Source: Octopus vulgaris
Lineage: Eukaryota
Assembly: GCA_951406725.2 (NCBI GenBank)
Contig: OX597815.1
Location: forward strand, 11,408,001 to 11,472,000
Direction: 5' to 3'
DNA: 64,000 nt
Shown in pieces: positions 30,943 through 45,060 of the stretch (position 1 is the first letter of the stretch; each line of letters starts with the position of its first letter). A model generated the notes under the pieces. That model was not told where the DNA came from. It worked only from the letters and a program-made list of their open reading frames with translations, and did not search any database. A program made the translations under genes and the position numbers.

Positions 30943-31550
30943 ATGCCAAAATCTGCTCACTCCATGATTACCATGACAACCAATTCCTCATACCCATCAC
31001 CAGCAACATCACTACCATTACCGTTACCATCACCAACAGCGCGACTGCCATCATCATCTTCACAAGCAACATCGCCATCGTCACCACCTGTAGCACCACC
31101 GCCATTATTATCGATGCTAGCGCCGTCGTCACCATCGTCGTCATCAACTACTATTACTGTCTCCACCACCACCACCACAACCTTTACCAGTCCTTCACCG
31201 TTACAACCCAGCAATAGGATGACTAACATCTCAGCCCAACCAAGTTTACCAGGAACAAACCTTATCACAACATTCCCAGAATCCTTCACTTCTAATTTGT
31301 CCGTAAACAAACAATTGCCACCAATCCCGCCCTCACAAACAAAACGGAACCCAAAAATCTGCCGTTATTCCCTCCGTGTGAGGATGTGTTTGCGACAAGA
31401 CTGTCTTTTCACTCATCTCCCAGGAAGTAGACGCATCAACATCCATGAACAGACAACCACATCACAATCCGTTTACAAATCGGAATGCCAATATCTGCTA
31501 CTATTCTCTTCATGAGATAATGTTTGCGACAATCCTGCCCTTTTACCCGA
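30943..31550 (+). pseudogene. Decayed S/T/P-rich ORF with two tandem CCCH-like zinc fingers, possibly a LINE ORF1 remnant
   Basis: CRYSLRVRMCLRQDCLFTH at 31360-31416; frameshifted paralog CYYSLHEI-CLRQSCPFTR at 31496-31550. Confidence 0.5.
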
Positions 31551-31654
31551 CGCTACATTAGTAAATATAGTGGCACACAGATTCCGCAGTTGGACTTTCC
31601 AACTTTTTTAACTGTTGATTTTGTGGTTGTTATTGGGGACGGATCGCAAAGATT

Positions 31655-32042
31655 CGAAAAGAGAAGAAAAAACTCAGAACCAGATGGAGGGATGCAAAGG
31701 AGGAGGAAAGAGAAAGGCTAAAGCAGCTATATGAAGAGATTAAAAAGAGGCATCGAGATCTGCTAAGAAAACAAAGAAGGAGGAGCAGAAGAAAGGAGAG
31801 AGGAAAAAAACTATCGTAGCTTTGTGAACAATCCCTATCAATATGCGAGACATCTATTTACTGAAAGTAAAAGCGGAAGATTGGATTGCACCAAAGAAGA
31901 GCTCGAACAACATATGAAAGAGACATACAGCGGCTCTGACAGAAAAGAAATACTCACAGAAATGCACGGACTGAAGAAACCACCAAGAATACCATTTGAT
32001 TTGAGCGACATGAAACGGAAAAATGGATGAGTTCATAAGGAA
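31655..32042 (+). mobile_element. Fragment of an RLE-type non-LTR retrotransposon (HERO/NeSL-like, region upstream of RT)
   Basis: LKQLYEEIKKRHRDLLRKQRRR...FVNNPYQYARHLFTESKSGRLDCTKEELEQHMKETYS...PFDLS; clade assigned from recalled motif similarity. Confidence 0.6.
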
Positions 32043-35000
32043 AATTTTCACCAAAAATTTTCCCCAAAAATTTTTTGAAAATTTTCACCGAAAATTTTAC
32101 TAAAAGATTTTCCCTAAAATTTTTCGAAAATTTGCACCAAAATTTTACCCAAAAATTTTTCGAAAATTTTAACCACAATATTTTGCCCAAAAATTTTCAT
32201 CAAAAATTTTTCGAAATTTTTCACCCAAAATTTTGCCCAAAAATTTTCACCGAAAATTTTACTAAAAAATTTTCCCCTAAAATTTTTCCGGAAATTTGCA
32301 CCAAAAATTTTACCCAAAAATTTTTGAAAATTTTCACCGAAAATTTTACCCAAAAATTTTTCGAAAATTTTAACCAAAATATTTTGCCCAAAAATTTTCA
32401 TCAAAAATTTTTCGAAATTTTTCACCCAAAATTTTGCCCAAAAATTTTCACCGAAAATTTTACTAAAAAATTTTCCCTAAAATTTTTCGAAAATTTGCAC
32501 CAAAAATTTTACCCAAAAATTTTTGAAAATTTTCACCGAAAATTTTACCCAAAAATTTTTCGAAAATTTTAACCAAAATATTTTACTCAAAAATTTTCAT
32601 CATAAATTTTTCGAAATTTTTCACCAAAAAAGTTTGCCCAAAAATTTTTCCCAGAAATTTTTCGAAAATTTTCACAGAAAATTTTACCCAAACATTTTTT
32701 GAAAATTTTGACCAAAATATTTTGCCCAAAAATTTTCATCAAAAATTTTTCGAAAATTTTACCCAAAAATTTCAAAAATTTTTCACCGAAAGTTTCCCAA
32801 AAATTTCACCGAAACTTTTACCCAAAAATTTTCTAAAATTTTCATCGGAAATTTTGCCCAAAAATTTTCACCGAAAATTTTACCAAAACATTTTCCCCAA
32901 AAATTTTTCGAAAATTTTCACCGAAAATTTTCCCCAAAAATTTTCCCCAAAAATTTTTCGAAAATTTTCACCAAAAATTTTCCCCAAAAATTTTCCCCAA
33001 AAATTTTCACTCAAAAATTTTTCGAAAATTTTCACCGAAAATTTTCCCAAAAATTTTCCCCAAAAATTTTTCGAAAATTTTCACCGAAAATTTTGCCCAA
33101 AAATTTTTCGAAAATTTGCACCAAAAATTTTACCCAAAAATTTTTTGAAAATTTTCACAAAAATTTTGCCCAAAAATTTTGCCAAAAATTTTCACCGAAA
33201 ATTTGACCAAAAAATTTTCCCCAAAAATTTTTCGATAATTTTCACCGAAAATTTTAACCAAAAATTTTTCAAAAATTTTCACTGAAAATTTTGCCCAAAA
33301 ATTTTCATCAAATATTTTTCGAAAACTTTTCTAAAAATTTTCAACAAAAATTTTCACCGAAAATTTTCCCCAAAAATTTTCCCAAAAATTTTTCGAAGAT
33401 TTTCACCGAAAATTTTACCCAAAAATTTTTCGAAAATTATAATCAAAAAATTTTGCCCAAAAATTTTCATGAAAAATTTTTCGAAAACTTTTCTAAAAAT
33501 TTTGCCCAAAAATTTTCCCCAAAAATTTTCAAAAATTTTCAACGAAAATTTTACCCAAAAATTTTTCGAAAATTTTCACCGAAAATTTTACTAAAAAATT
33601 TTCCTTAAAATTTTTCGAAAATTTGCATCAAAAATTTTACCCAAAATTTTTTGAAAATTTTCACCGAAAATTTTACCCAAAAATTTTTCGAAAATTTTAA
33701 CCAAAATATTTTACTCAAAAATTTTCATCATAAATTTTTCGAAAATTTTCACCGAAAATTTTGCCCAAAAATTTTTCGAAAATTTGCACCAAAAATTTTA
33801 CCCAAAAATTTTTTGAAAATTTTCACAAAAATTTTGCCCAAAAATTTTGCCAAAAATTTTCACCGAAAATTTGACCAAAAATTTTCCCCAAAAATTTTTC
33901 GATAATTTTCACCGAAAATTTTAACCAAAAATTTTTCAAAAATTTTCACCGAAAATTTTGCCCAAAAATTTTCATCAAATATTTTTCGAAAACTTTTCTA
34001 AAAATTTTCAACAAAAATTTTCACCGAAAATTTTCCCAAAAATTTTTCCCAAAAATTTTTCGAAGATTTTCACCGAAAATTTTACCCAAAAATTTTTCGA
34101 AAATTATAATCAAAAAATTTTGCCCAAAAATTTTCATGAAAAATTTTTCGAAAACTTTTCTAAAAATTTTGCCCAAAAATTTTCCCCAAAAAATTTTCAA
34201 AAATTTTCAACGAAAATTTTACCCAAAAATTTTTCGAAAATTTTCACCGAAAATTTTACTAAAAAATTTTCCCTTAAAATTTTTCGAAAATTTGCATCAA
34301 AAATTTTACCCAAAAATTTTTTGAAAATTTTCACCGAAAATTTTACCCAAAAATTTTTCGAAAATTTTAACCAAAATATTTTACTCAAAAATTTTCATCA
34401 TAAATTTTTCGAAATTTTTCACCAAAAAAGTTTGCCCAAAAATTTTTCCCAAAAATTTTTCGAAAATTTTCACAGAAAATTTTACCCGAACATTTTTCGA
34501 AAATTTTCACCGAAAATTTTACTCAAAAATTTTCGAAAATTGCCACCGAAAATTTTTTGAAAATTTTAACCAAAATATTTTGCCCAAAAATTTTCATCAA
34601 AAATTTTTCGAAAATTTTACCCAAAAGTTTTTCGAAAATTTTCACCGAAAATTTCCCCAAAAATTTCAACGAAACTTTTACCCAAAAATTTTCATCGAAA
34701 AATTTACCCAAAAATCTTTCGAAAATTTGCACCGAAAATTTTACCCAAAAATTTTTCGAAAATTTTTACCAAAAATTTTGCCCAAAAATTTTCACCGAAA
34801 ACTTGACCAAAAAATTTTACCCAAAAATTTTTCGAAAATTTTCACCGAAAATTTCCCCAAAAATTTCAACGAAACTTTTACCCAAAAATTTTCATCGAAA
34901 AATTTACCCAAAAATCTTTCGAAAATTTGCACCGAAAATTTTACCCAAAAATTTTTCGAAAATTTTTACCAAAAAATTTTGCCCAAAAATTTTCATTGAA

Positions 35001-38000
35001 AACTTGACCAAAAAATTTTACCCAAAAATTTTTCGAAAATTTTCACAGAAAATTTTAACCAAAAATCTTTCAAAAATTTTCACCGAAAATTTAACCAAAA
35101 AATTTTCCCCTAAAATTTTTCGAAAATTTGCACCGAAAATTTTACCCAAAAATTTTTTGAAAATTTTCACCGAAAATTTTACCCAAAAATTTTTCGAAAA
35201 TTATAACCAGAAAATTTTGCCCAAAAATTTTCATCAAATATTTTTCGAAAACTTTTCTAAAAATTTTCAACAAAAATTTTCACCGAAAATTTTCCCCAAA
35301 AATTTTTCCCAAAAATTTTTCGAAGATTTTCACCGAAAATTTTACCCAAAAATTTTTCGAAAATTATAATCAAAAAATTTTGCCCAAAAATTTTCATGAA
35401 AAAATTTTCGAAAACTTTTCTAAAAATTTTGCCCAAAAATTTTCCCCAAAAAATTTTCAAAAATTTTCAACGAAAATTTTACCCAAAAATTTTTCGAAAA
35501 TTTTCACCGAAAATTTTACTAAAAAATTTTCCCCTAAAATTTTTCGAAAATTTGCATCAAAAATTTTACCCAAAAATTTTTTGAAAATTTTCACCGAAAA
35601 TTTTACCCAAAAATTTTTCGAAAATTTTAACCAAAATATTTTACTCAAAAATTTTCATCATAAATTTTTCGAAATTTTTCACCAAAAAAGTTTGCCCAAA
35701 AATTTTTCCCAAAAATTTTTCGAAAATTTTCACAGAAAATTTTACCCGAACATTTTTCGAAAATTTTCACCGAAAATTTTACTCAAAAATTTTCGAAAAT
35801 TGCCACCGAAAATTTTTTGAAAATTTTAACCAAAATATTTTGCCCAAAAATTTTCATCAAAAATTTTTCGAAAATTTTACCCAAAAGTTTTTCGAAAATT
35901 TTCACCGAAAATTTCCCCAAAAATTTCAACGAAACTTTTACCCAAAAATTTTCATCGAAAAATTTACCCAAAAATCTTTCGAAAATTTGCACCGAAAATT
36001 TTACCCAAAAATTTTTCGAAAATTTTTACCAAAAAATTTTGCCCAAAAATTTTCACCGAAAACTTGACCAAAAATTTTACCCAAAAATTTTTCGAAAATT
36101 TTCACCGAAAATTTCCCCAAAAATTTCAACGAAACTTTTACCCAAAAATTTTCATCGAAAAATTTACCCAAAAATCTTTCGAAAATTTGCACCGAAAATT
36201 TTACCCAAAAATTTTTAGAAAATTTTTACCAAAAAATTTTGCCCAAAAATTTTCACCGAAAACTTGACCAAAAAATTTTACCCAAAAATTTTTCGAAAAT
36301 TTTCACAGAAAATTTTAACCAAAAATCTTTCAAAAATTTTCACCGAAAATTTAACCAAAAAATTTTCCCCTAAAATTTTTCGAAAATTTGCACCGAAAAT
36401 TTTACCCAAAAATTTTTTGAAAATTTTCACCGAAAATTTTACCCAAAAATTTTTCGAAAATTATAACCAGAAAATTTTGCCCAAAAATTTTCATCAAATA
36501 TTTTTCGAAAACTTTTCTAAAAATTTTCAACAAAAATTTTCACCGAAAATTTTCCCCAAAAATTTTTCCCAAAAATTTTTCGAAGATTTTCACCGAAAAT
36601 TTTACCCAAAAATTTTTCGAAAATTATAATCAAAAAATTTTGCCCAAAAATTTTCATGAAAAATTTTTCGAAAACTTTTCTAAAAATTTTGCCCAAAAAT
36701 TTTCCCCAAAAAATTTTCAAAAATTTTCAACGAAAATTTTACCCAAAAATTTTTCGAAAATTTTCACCGAAAATTTTACTAAAAATTTTCCCCTAAAATT
36801 TTTCGAAAATTTGCATCAAAAATTTTACCCAAAAATTTTTTGAAAATTTTCACCGAAAATTTTACCCAAAAATTTTTCGAAAATTTTAACCAAAATATTT
36901 TACTCAAAAATTTTCATCATAAATTTTTCGAAATTTTTCACCAAAAAAGTTTGCCCAAAAATTTTTCCCAAAAATTTTTCGAAAATTTTCACAGAAAATT
37001 TTACCCGAACATTTTTCGAAAATTTTCACCGAAAATTTTACTCAAAAATTTTCGAAAATTGCCACCGAAAATTTTTTGAAAATTTTAACCAAAATATTTT
37101 GCCCAAAAATTTTCATCAAAAATTTTTCGAAAATTTTACCCAAAAGTTTTTCGAAAATTTTCACCGAAAATTTCCCCAAAAATTTCAACGAAACTTTTAC
37201 CCAAAAATTTTCATCGAAAAATTTACCCAAAAATCTTTCGAAAATTTGCACCGAAAATTTTACCCAAAAATTTTTCGAAAATTTTTACCAAAAAATTTTG
37301 CCCAAAAATTTTCACCGAAAACTTGACCAAAAAATTTTACCCAAAAATTTTTCGAAAATTTTCACCGAAAATTTCCCCAAAAATTTCAACGAAACTTTTA
37401 CCCAAAAATTTTCATCGAAAAATTTACCCAAAAATCTTTCGAAAATTTGCACCGAAAATTTTACCCAAAAATTTTTCGAAAATTTTTACCAAAAAATTTT
37501 GCCCAAAAATTTTCACCGAAAACTTGACCAAAAAATTTTACCCAAAAATTTTTCGAAAATTTTCACAGAAAATTTTAACCAAAAATCTTTCAAAAATTTT
37601 CACCGAAAATTTAACCAAAAAATTTTCCCCTAAAATTTTTCGAAAATTTGCACCGAAAATTTTACCCAAAAATTTTTTGAAAATTTTCACCGAAAATTTT
37701 ACCCAAAAATTTTTCGAAAATTATAACCAGAAAATTTTGCCCAAAAATTTTCATAAAATATTTTTCGAAAACTTTTCTAAAAATTTTCACCAAAAATTTT
37801 CACCAAAAATTTTACAAAAAAATTTTCCCCAAAAATTTTTCGAAAATTTTCACCTAAAATTTTCCCCAAAAATTTTCGAAAATTGTCACCAAAAATTTTT
37901 TGAAAATTTTAACCAAAATATTTTGCCCAAAAATTTTCATCAAAAATTTTTCGAAAATTTTACCCAAAAGTTTTTCGAAAATTTTCACCGAAAATTTCCC

Positions 38001-41000
38001 AAAAATTTCAACGAAACTTTTACCCAAAAATTTTCGAAAATTTTCATCGAAAAATTTACCCAAAAATTTTTCGAAAATTTTCACCGAAAATTTCCCAAAA
38101 ATTTCAACGAAACTTTTACCCAAAAATTTTCGAAAATTTTCATCGAAAAATTTACCCAAAAATTTTTCGAAAATTTGCACCGAAAATTTTACCCAAAAAT
38201 TTTTCGAAAATTTTTACCAAAAAATTTTGCCCAAAAATTTTCACCGAAAATTTGACCAAAAAATTTTACCCAAAAATTTTTCGAAAATTTTCACAGAAAA
38301 TTTTAACCAAAAATCTTTCAAAAATTTTCACCGAAAATTTAAGCAAAAAATTTTCCCCAAAAATTTTTCGAAAATTTGCACCGAAAATTTTCCCCAAAAA
38401 TTTTCCCCAAAAATTTTTCGAAAGTTTTCACCGAAAATTTTGCCCAAAAATTTTTCGAAAATTTGCACCAAAAATTTTACCCAAAAATTTTAAGAAAATT
38501 TTCACCAAAAATTTTGCCCAAAAATTTTGCCAAAAATTTTCACCGAAAATTTGACCAAAAAATTTTCCCCAAAAATTTTTCGATAATTTTCACCGAAAAT
38601 TTTAACCAAAAATTTTTCAAAAATTTTCACCGAAAATTTAACCAAAAAATTTTGCCCTAACATTTTTCGAAAATTTTACCCAAAAATCTTTCGAAAATTT
38701 GCACCGAAAATTTTACCCAAAAATTTTTCGAAAATTTTTACCAAAAAATTTTGCCCAAAAATTTTCACCGAAAATTTGACCAAAAAATTTTACCCAAAAA
38801 TTTTTCGAAAATTTTCACAGAAAATTTTAACCAAAAATCTTTCAAAAATTTTCACCGAAAATTTAACCAAAAAATTTTCCCCTAAAATTTTTCGAAAATT
38901 TGCACCGAAAATTTTTCGAAAATTTGCACCGAAAATTTTACCCAAAAATTTTGCCCAAAAATTTTGCCAAAAATTTTCACCGAAAATTTGACCAAAAAAT
39001 TTTTCCCAAAAATTTTTCGATAATTTTCACCGAAAATTTTAACCAAAAATTTTTGAAAAATTTTCACCGAAAATTTAACCAAAAAATTTTGCCCTAAAAT
39101 TTTTCGAAAATTTTACCCAAACATTTTTCGAAAATTTTCACCGAAAATTTTACCCAAACATTTTTCGAAAATTTTCACCGAAAATTTTACTCAAAAATTT
39201 TCGAAAATTGTCACCAAAAATTTTTTGAAAATTTTAACCAAAATATTTTGCCCAAAAATTTTCATCAAAAATTTTTCGAAAATTTTACCCAAAAGTTTTT
39301 CGAAAATTTTCACTGAAAATTTCCCCAAAAATTTTCGAAAATTTTCATCGAAAAATTTACCCAAAAATCTTTCGAAAATTTGCACCGAAAATTTTACCCA
39401 AAAATTTTTCGAAAATTTTTACCAAAAAATTTTGCCCAAAAATTTTCACCGAAAATTTGACCAAAAATTTTACCCAAAAATTTTTCGAAAATTTTCACAG
39501 AAAATTTTAACCAAAAATCTTTCAAAAATTTTCACCGAAAATTTAACCAAAAAAATTTTCCCCTAAAGTTTTTCGAAAATTTGCACCGAAAATTTTACCC
39601 AAAAATTTTTTGAAAATTTTCACCGAAAATTTTACCCAAAAATTTTTCGAAAATTATAACCAGAAAATTTTGCCCAAAAATTTTCATCAAATGTTTTTCG
39701 AAAACTTTTCTAAAAATTTTCACCAAAAATTTTCACCAAATATTTTACTAAAAAATTTTCCCCTAAAATTTTTCGAAAATTTTCACCAAAAATTTTGCCC
39801 AAAAATTTTCACCGAAAATTTTACAAAAAAATTTTCCCCAAAAATTTTCCCCAAAAATTTTTCGAAAATTCTCACCGAAAATTTTGCCCAAAAATTTTTC
39901 GAAAATTTTCACCAAATATTTTGCCCAAAAATTTTCACCGAAAATTTTACCAAAAAATTTTCCCCAAATATTTTTCCAAAATTTTCACAAAAATTTTGCC
40001 CAAAAGTTTTCACCGAAAATTTGACCAAAAAATTTTACCCAAAAATTTTTAGAAAATTTTTACCAAAAAATTTTGCCCAAAAATTTTCACCGAAAATTTT
40101 ACCAAAAAATTTTCCCCAAAAATTTTTCGAAAATTTTCACCGTAAATTTTACCAAAAAATTTTCCCCAAAAATTTTTCGAAAATTTTTACCAAAAAATTT
40201 TGCCCAAAAATTTTCACCTAAAATTTGACCAAAAAATTTTACCTAAAAATTTTACGAAAATTTTTACCAAAAAATTTTGCCCAAAAATTTTTCGAAAATT
40301 TTAACCAAAATATTTTACTCAAAAATTTTCATCAAAAATTTTTCGAAAATTTTACCCAAAAGTTTTTCGAAAATTTTCACCGAAAATTTCCCCAAAAATT
40401 TCAACGAAACTTTTACCCAAAAATTTGCGAAAATTTTCATCGAAAAATTTACCCAAAAATTTTTCGAAAATTTGCACCGAAAATTTTACCCAAAAATTTT
40501 TCGAAAATTTTTACCAAAAAATTTTGCCCAAAAATTTTCACCGAAAATTTTACCAAAAAATTTTACCCAAAAATTTTTCGAAAATTTTCACCGTAAATTT
40601 TACCAAAAATTTTCCCCAAAAATTTTTCGAAAATTTTCACAAAAATTTTGCCCAAAAGTTTTCACCGAAAATTTGACCAAAAATTTTACCCAAAAATTTT
40701 TAGAAAATTTTTACCAAAAAATTTTGCCCAAAAATTTTCACCGAAAATTTGACCAAAAAATTTTACCCAAAAATTTTTCGAAAATTTTTACCAAAAATTT
40801 TGCCCAAAAATTTTCACCGAAAATTTGACAAAAAAATTTTACCCAAAAATTTTTCGAAAATTTGACCAAAAAATTTTACCCAAAAATTTTTCGAAAATTT
40901 TTGCCAAAAAATTTTGCCCAAAAATTTTCACCGAAAATTTGACCAAAAAATTTTACCCAAAAATTTTTCGAAAATTTTTACCAAAAAATTTTGCCCAAAA

Positions 41001-42421
41001 ATTTTTCGAAAATTTTAACCAAAATATTTTACTCAAAAATTTTCATCAAAAATTTTTCGAAAATTTTACCCAAAAGTTTTTCGAAAATTTTCACCGAAAA
41101 TTTCCCCAAAAATTTCAACGAAACTTTTACCCAAAAATTTGCGAAAATTTTCATCGAAAAATTTACCCAAAAATTTTTCGAAAATTTGCACCGAAAATTT
41201 TACCCAAAAATTTTTCGAAAATTTTTACCAAAAAATTTTGCCCAAAAATTTTCACCGAAAATTTGACCAAAAAATTTTACCCAAAGATTTTTCGAAAATT
41301 TTCACAGAAAATTTTAACCAAAAATCTTTCAAAAATTTTCACCGAAAATTTAACCAAAAAATTTTCCCCTAAAATTTTCGAAAATTTTCACCGAAAATTT
41401 TATCCAAAAATTTTTCGAAAATTATAACCAGAAAATTTTGCCCAAAAATTTTCATTAAATATTTTTCGAAAACTTTTCTCAAAAATTTTCACCAAAAATT
41501 TTCACCAAAAATTTTACTACAAAATTTTCCCCTAAAATTTTTCGAAAATTTTCACCAAAAATTTTGCCCAAAAATTTTCACGGAAAATTTTACAAAAAAA
41601 ATTTTCCCCAAAAATTTTTCGAAAATTTTCACCTAAAATTTTCCCCAAAAATTTTCCCCAAAAATTTTTCGAAAATTCTCACCGAAAATTTTGCCCAAAA
41701 ATTTTTCGAAAATTCTCACCGAAAATTTTGCCCAAAAATTTTTCGAAAATTTTCACCAAAAATTTTGCCCAAAAATTTTCACCGAAAATTTTGCCCAAAA
41801 ATTTTCACGGAAAATTTTACCAAAAAATTTTCCCCAAAAATTTTTCGAAAATTTTCACCGAAAATTTTCCCCAAAAATTTTTCGAAAATTTTCACCAAAA
41901 ATTTTGCCCAAAAGTTTTCACCGAAAATTTTACCAAAAAATTTTCCCCAAAAATTTTTCGAAAATTTTCACCGTAAATTTTACCAAAAAATTTTCCCCAA
42001 AAATTTTTCGAAAATTTTCACCAAAAATTTTGCCCAAAAGTTTTCACCGAAAATTTTACCAAAAAATTTTCCCCAAAAATTTTTCGAAAATTTTCACCGT
42101 AAATTTTACCAAAAAATTTTCCCCAAAAATTTTTCGAAAATTTTCACCGAAAATTTTCCACAAAAATTTTCCCCAAAAATTTTTCGAAAATTTTCACCAA
42201 AAATTTTCCCCAAAAATTTTTCGAAAATTTTCACCAAAAATTTTGCCCAAAAATTTTCACCGAAAATTTTACCAAAAAATTTTCCCCAAAAATTTTTCGA
42301 AAATTTTCACCGAAAATTTAACCAAAAAATTTTCCCCTAAAATCTTTCGAAAATTTGCACCAAAAATTTTACCCAAAAATTTTTTGAAAATTTTCACCGA
42401 AAATTTTACCCAAAAATTTTT
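32041..42421. repeat. 10.4 kb AT-rich satellite of 12-13 bp AAAATTTT-based units with higher-order structure
   Basis: Units such as aaaattttcaccg, aaaattttaccc and aaaaatttttcg; rare variants recur at 1260/1259 bp spacing. Confidence 0.95.
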
Positions 42422-42770
42422 CAGCGGATTCGCGGTCATAGGATCGCGGTTTCGATTCCCAGACCGGGCGTTGTGAGTGTTTATTGAGCGAAAACACCTA
42501 AAGCTCCACGAGGCTCCGGTAGGGGATGGTGGTGATCCCTGCTTTACTCTTTCACCACAACTTTCTCCTACTTCCTGTTTCTGTTGTACCTGTATTTCAA
42601 AGGGCCGGCCTTGTCACTTTCTGTGTCACGCTGAATATCCCCGAGAACTACGTTAAGGGTACACGTGTCTGTGGAGTGCTCAGCCACTTACACGTTAATT
42701 TCACGAGCAGGCTGTTCCGTTGATTCGGATCAACCGGAACCCTCATCGTCGTAACCGACGGAGTGCTTCC
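42422..42770 (+). mobile_element. SINE family A lacking its first ~27 nt, abutting the satellite
   Basis: Starts cagcggattcgcggtcatagg directly after the satellite. Confidence 0.9.
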
Positions 42771-43339
42771 TTTAAAAAAAAAAAAATAACGCGATTATGC
42801 ACATTTTGGATGTTTGCTCACATGTAGAAATTTTACGAAGTGAATCCAAGTGCGAAATGCGTATGATTATTGAGCTGTGGTAGATTACTAAAATCATGAT
42901 TGTTGTTACTTTCTATGTGTATCTATTCAAGTTTGCGAGTACATATAAGTTATTGGGTTAGCAATGGATACTCAAATGGAACCATCGACACTAAACTTTC
43001 CATTGAAATCCAAATCTACTCCAGTTCACTAGACTCACCAGATTCGCCACATATGTACACTTGACTAATATCGGCGACTGAATCGGCGCAATATTTCTTA
43101 CTTTTGAACAGATTAACTTCTTCATGAACTTTTTCTTGTCCTTCCACCCAACCTCAGCATTTATTTCTTCCATCTCCATTCAATTAGCTTCCTATGCATT
43201 TCTGTTTCCATCTGCAAACCAATTTCGACATCGTCACCTTTATCTTGTACAACTCCTAATTCTTTTCTACTCTATGCACAAAGCCCGAAATTTTTGGGGA
43301 GGGAGCTAGTCAAGTACACCCACCCATGAAAGAAAGAAA

Positions 43340-43848
43340 GAAAGGCAAAGTCGACCTTGGCGGAATTTGAAATCAGAACGTAAAGACAGTCGAAATACCT
43401 ATTTCTTTACTACTCACAAGGGGCTTAACACAGAGAGGACAAACAAGGACAGACAAACAGATTAAGTCGATTGTATCGACCCCAGTGCCTAACTGGTACT
43501 TACTTAATCCACCCCGAAAGGATGAAAGGCAAAGCCGACCTCGGCGGAATTTGAACTCAGAACGTAGCGGCAGACGAAATACGGCAAAGCATTTCGCCCG
43601 GCGTGCTAACGTTTCTTATTTATTTACTACCCACAAGGGGCTAAACATAGAGGGGACAAACAATGACAGACAAACGGATTGAGTCGATTTTATCGACCCC
43701 AGTGCCTAACTGGTACTTACTTAATCGACCCCGAAAGGATGAAAGGCAAAGCCGACCTCGGCGGAATTTGAACTCAGAACGTAGTGGCAGACGAAATACG
43801 GCAAAGCATTTCGCCCGGCATGCTAACGTTTCTGCCAGTTCGCCGCCT
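43340..43848 (-). mobile_element. SINE family B, tandem trimer
   Basis: Three body units; junctions near 43400 and 43615. Confidence 0.85.
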
Positions 43849-44665
43849 TCTCACACTCTTAATTCGACATCATTCTACCATCAAAATCTGATTGCGTCCT
43901 CTATAATTTTGCAATAATGAATTTAACTTTGAAATCCAATATGAAAGCCGTTACTTCATTCTCTATATTTGCAAACTGTCCTAAAAAATTTCTTCTCTCT
44001 ATTTGTGATGCTGAGTGCAGTTTCACGTTTTCACCGGCCTTTGCACCAGGATTTATTCACCACTCACCATCCCTCTATATTTCGTCTTCAGTGCATCATC
44101 CTGAAGCACACTTACTCCTCCCATGAGACGCCGCCACTCACCACATAACTCTGCTGAACTCTTCTCGAAATATAGACGCACTCCGAATTAGCTTTTCCTA
44201 GATCACGCCTCACCATACATCCTGCTAAAAAGTTGCTCCAGTACCAAATGTGTTGCCAAAAATCTCAGCCCCTCCCTGAAATCCACTGCTGTAAACCCTC
44301 TTAGCAATATATCCTTTCACATGTTGGTCACGTAGGTGGAAAATTATTCAATAGCGAAACTGGACTCTTGTTGCTTAGATGTTCTAAAGAAAATCACGCC
44401 ATCTACAGTTACATTTCGGCAAATGTTCAGTTTCGGTATCGTTGTCTGACGCAAAAGAAAAACAAACAAACAAACGCCTTTCCAGCTAAGGAATACTCAA
44501 CGACAAGCGATAACCTCTAATCTCGAGTTTCAATAGTTGTAAACTTACACAAATACATAAGTATGCAGTAACAATACTTCAAGTCATACTTAGGTATCAT
44601 AATTTAATATTAGTTTTAAGCAATTTTTATACATTGCATATAGAAAGGTCGGTAGACACGGATTA

Positions 44666-44993
44666 TATTTACATTCGACGGATATTAGTCGTCATCTTGT
44701 TTGTTGTTAATATATCCACCAGCCTTCTTCCTTGGGGAAATTTTGAACCTGGGTTGTGATTCCCTAGGCATTTTTCGATGCTATTATTATTATTGTTCAG
44801 GTCACTGCTTAGAATCGAACTCGGAATCTTGGAGATAGTAGCCTGCGCTCTTAACCACTACACCATATACCCACGGGCATAGGGCGTAGTGTTAAGAGCG
44901 CGGGCTATTAACCCCAAGATTCTGAGTTCGATTTCAAGCGGTGACCTGAACACCACCACCACCACCACCACCACCACCACCACCACCACCACC

Positions 44994-45060
<67 letters not shown>

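Noticed and set aside
32041-42421. CRISPR-like array or telomere
   Set aside because: No unique spacers or cas genes; units are heterogeneous and not TTAGGG-like
32075-42476. Dozens of K/F/N/P-rich ORFs up to 310 aa
   Set aside because: Translations of a stop-poor satellite, open in several frames and on both strands; no evidence of coding
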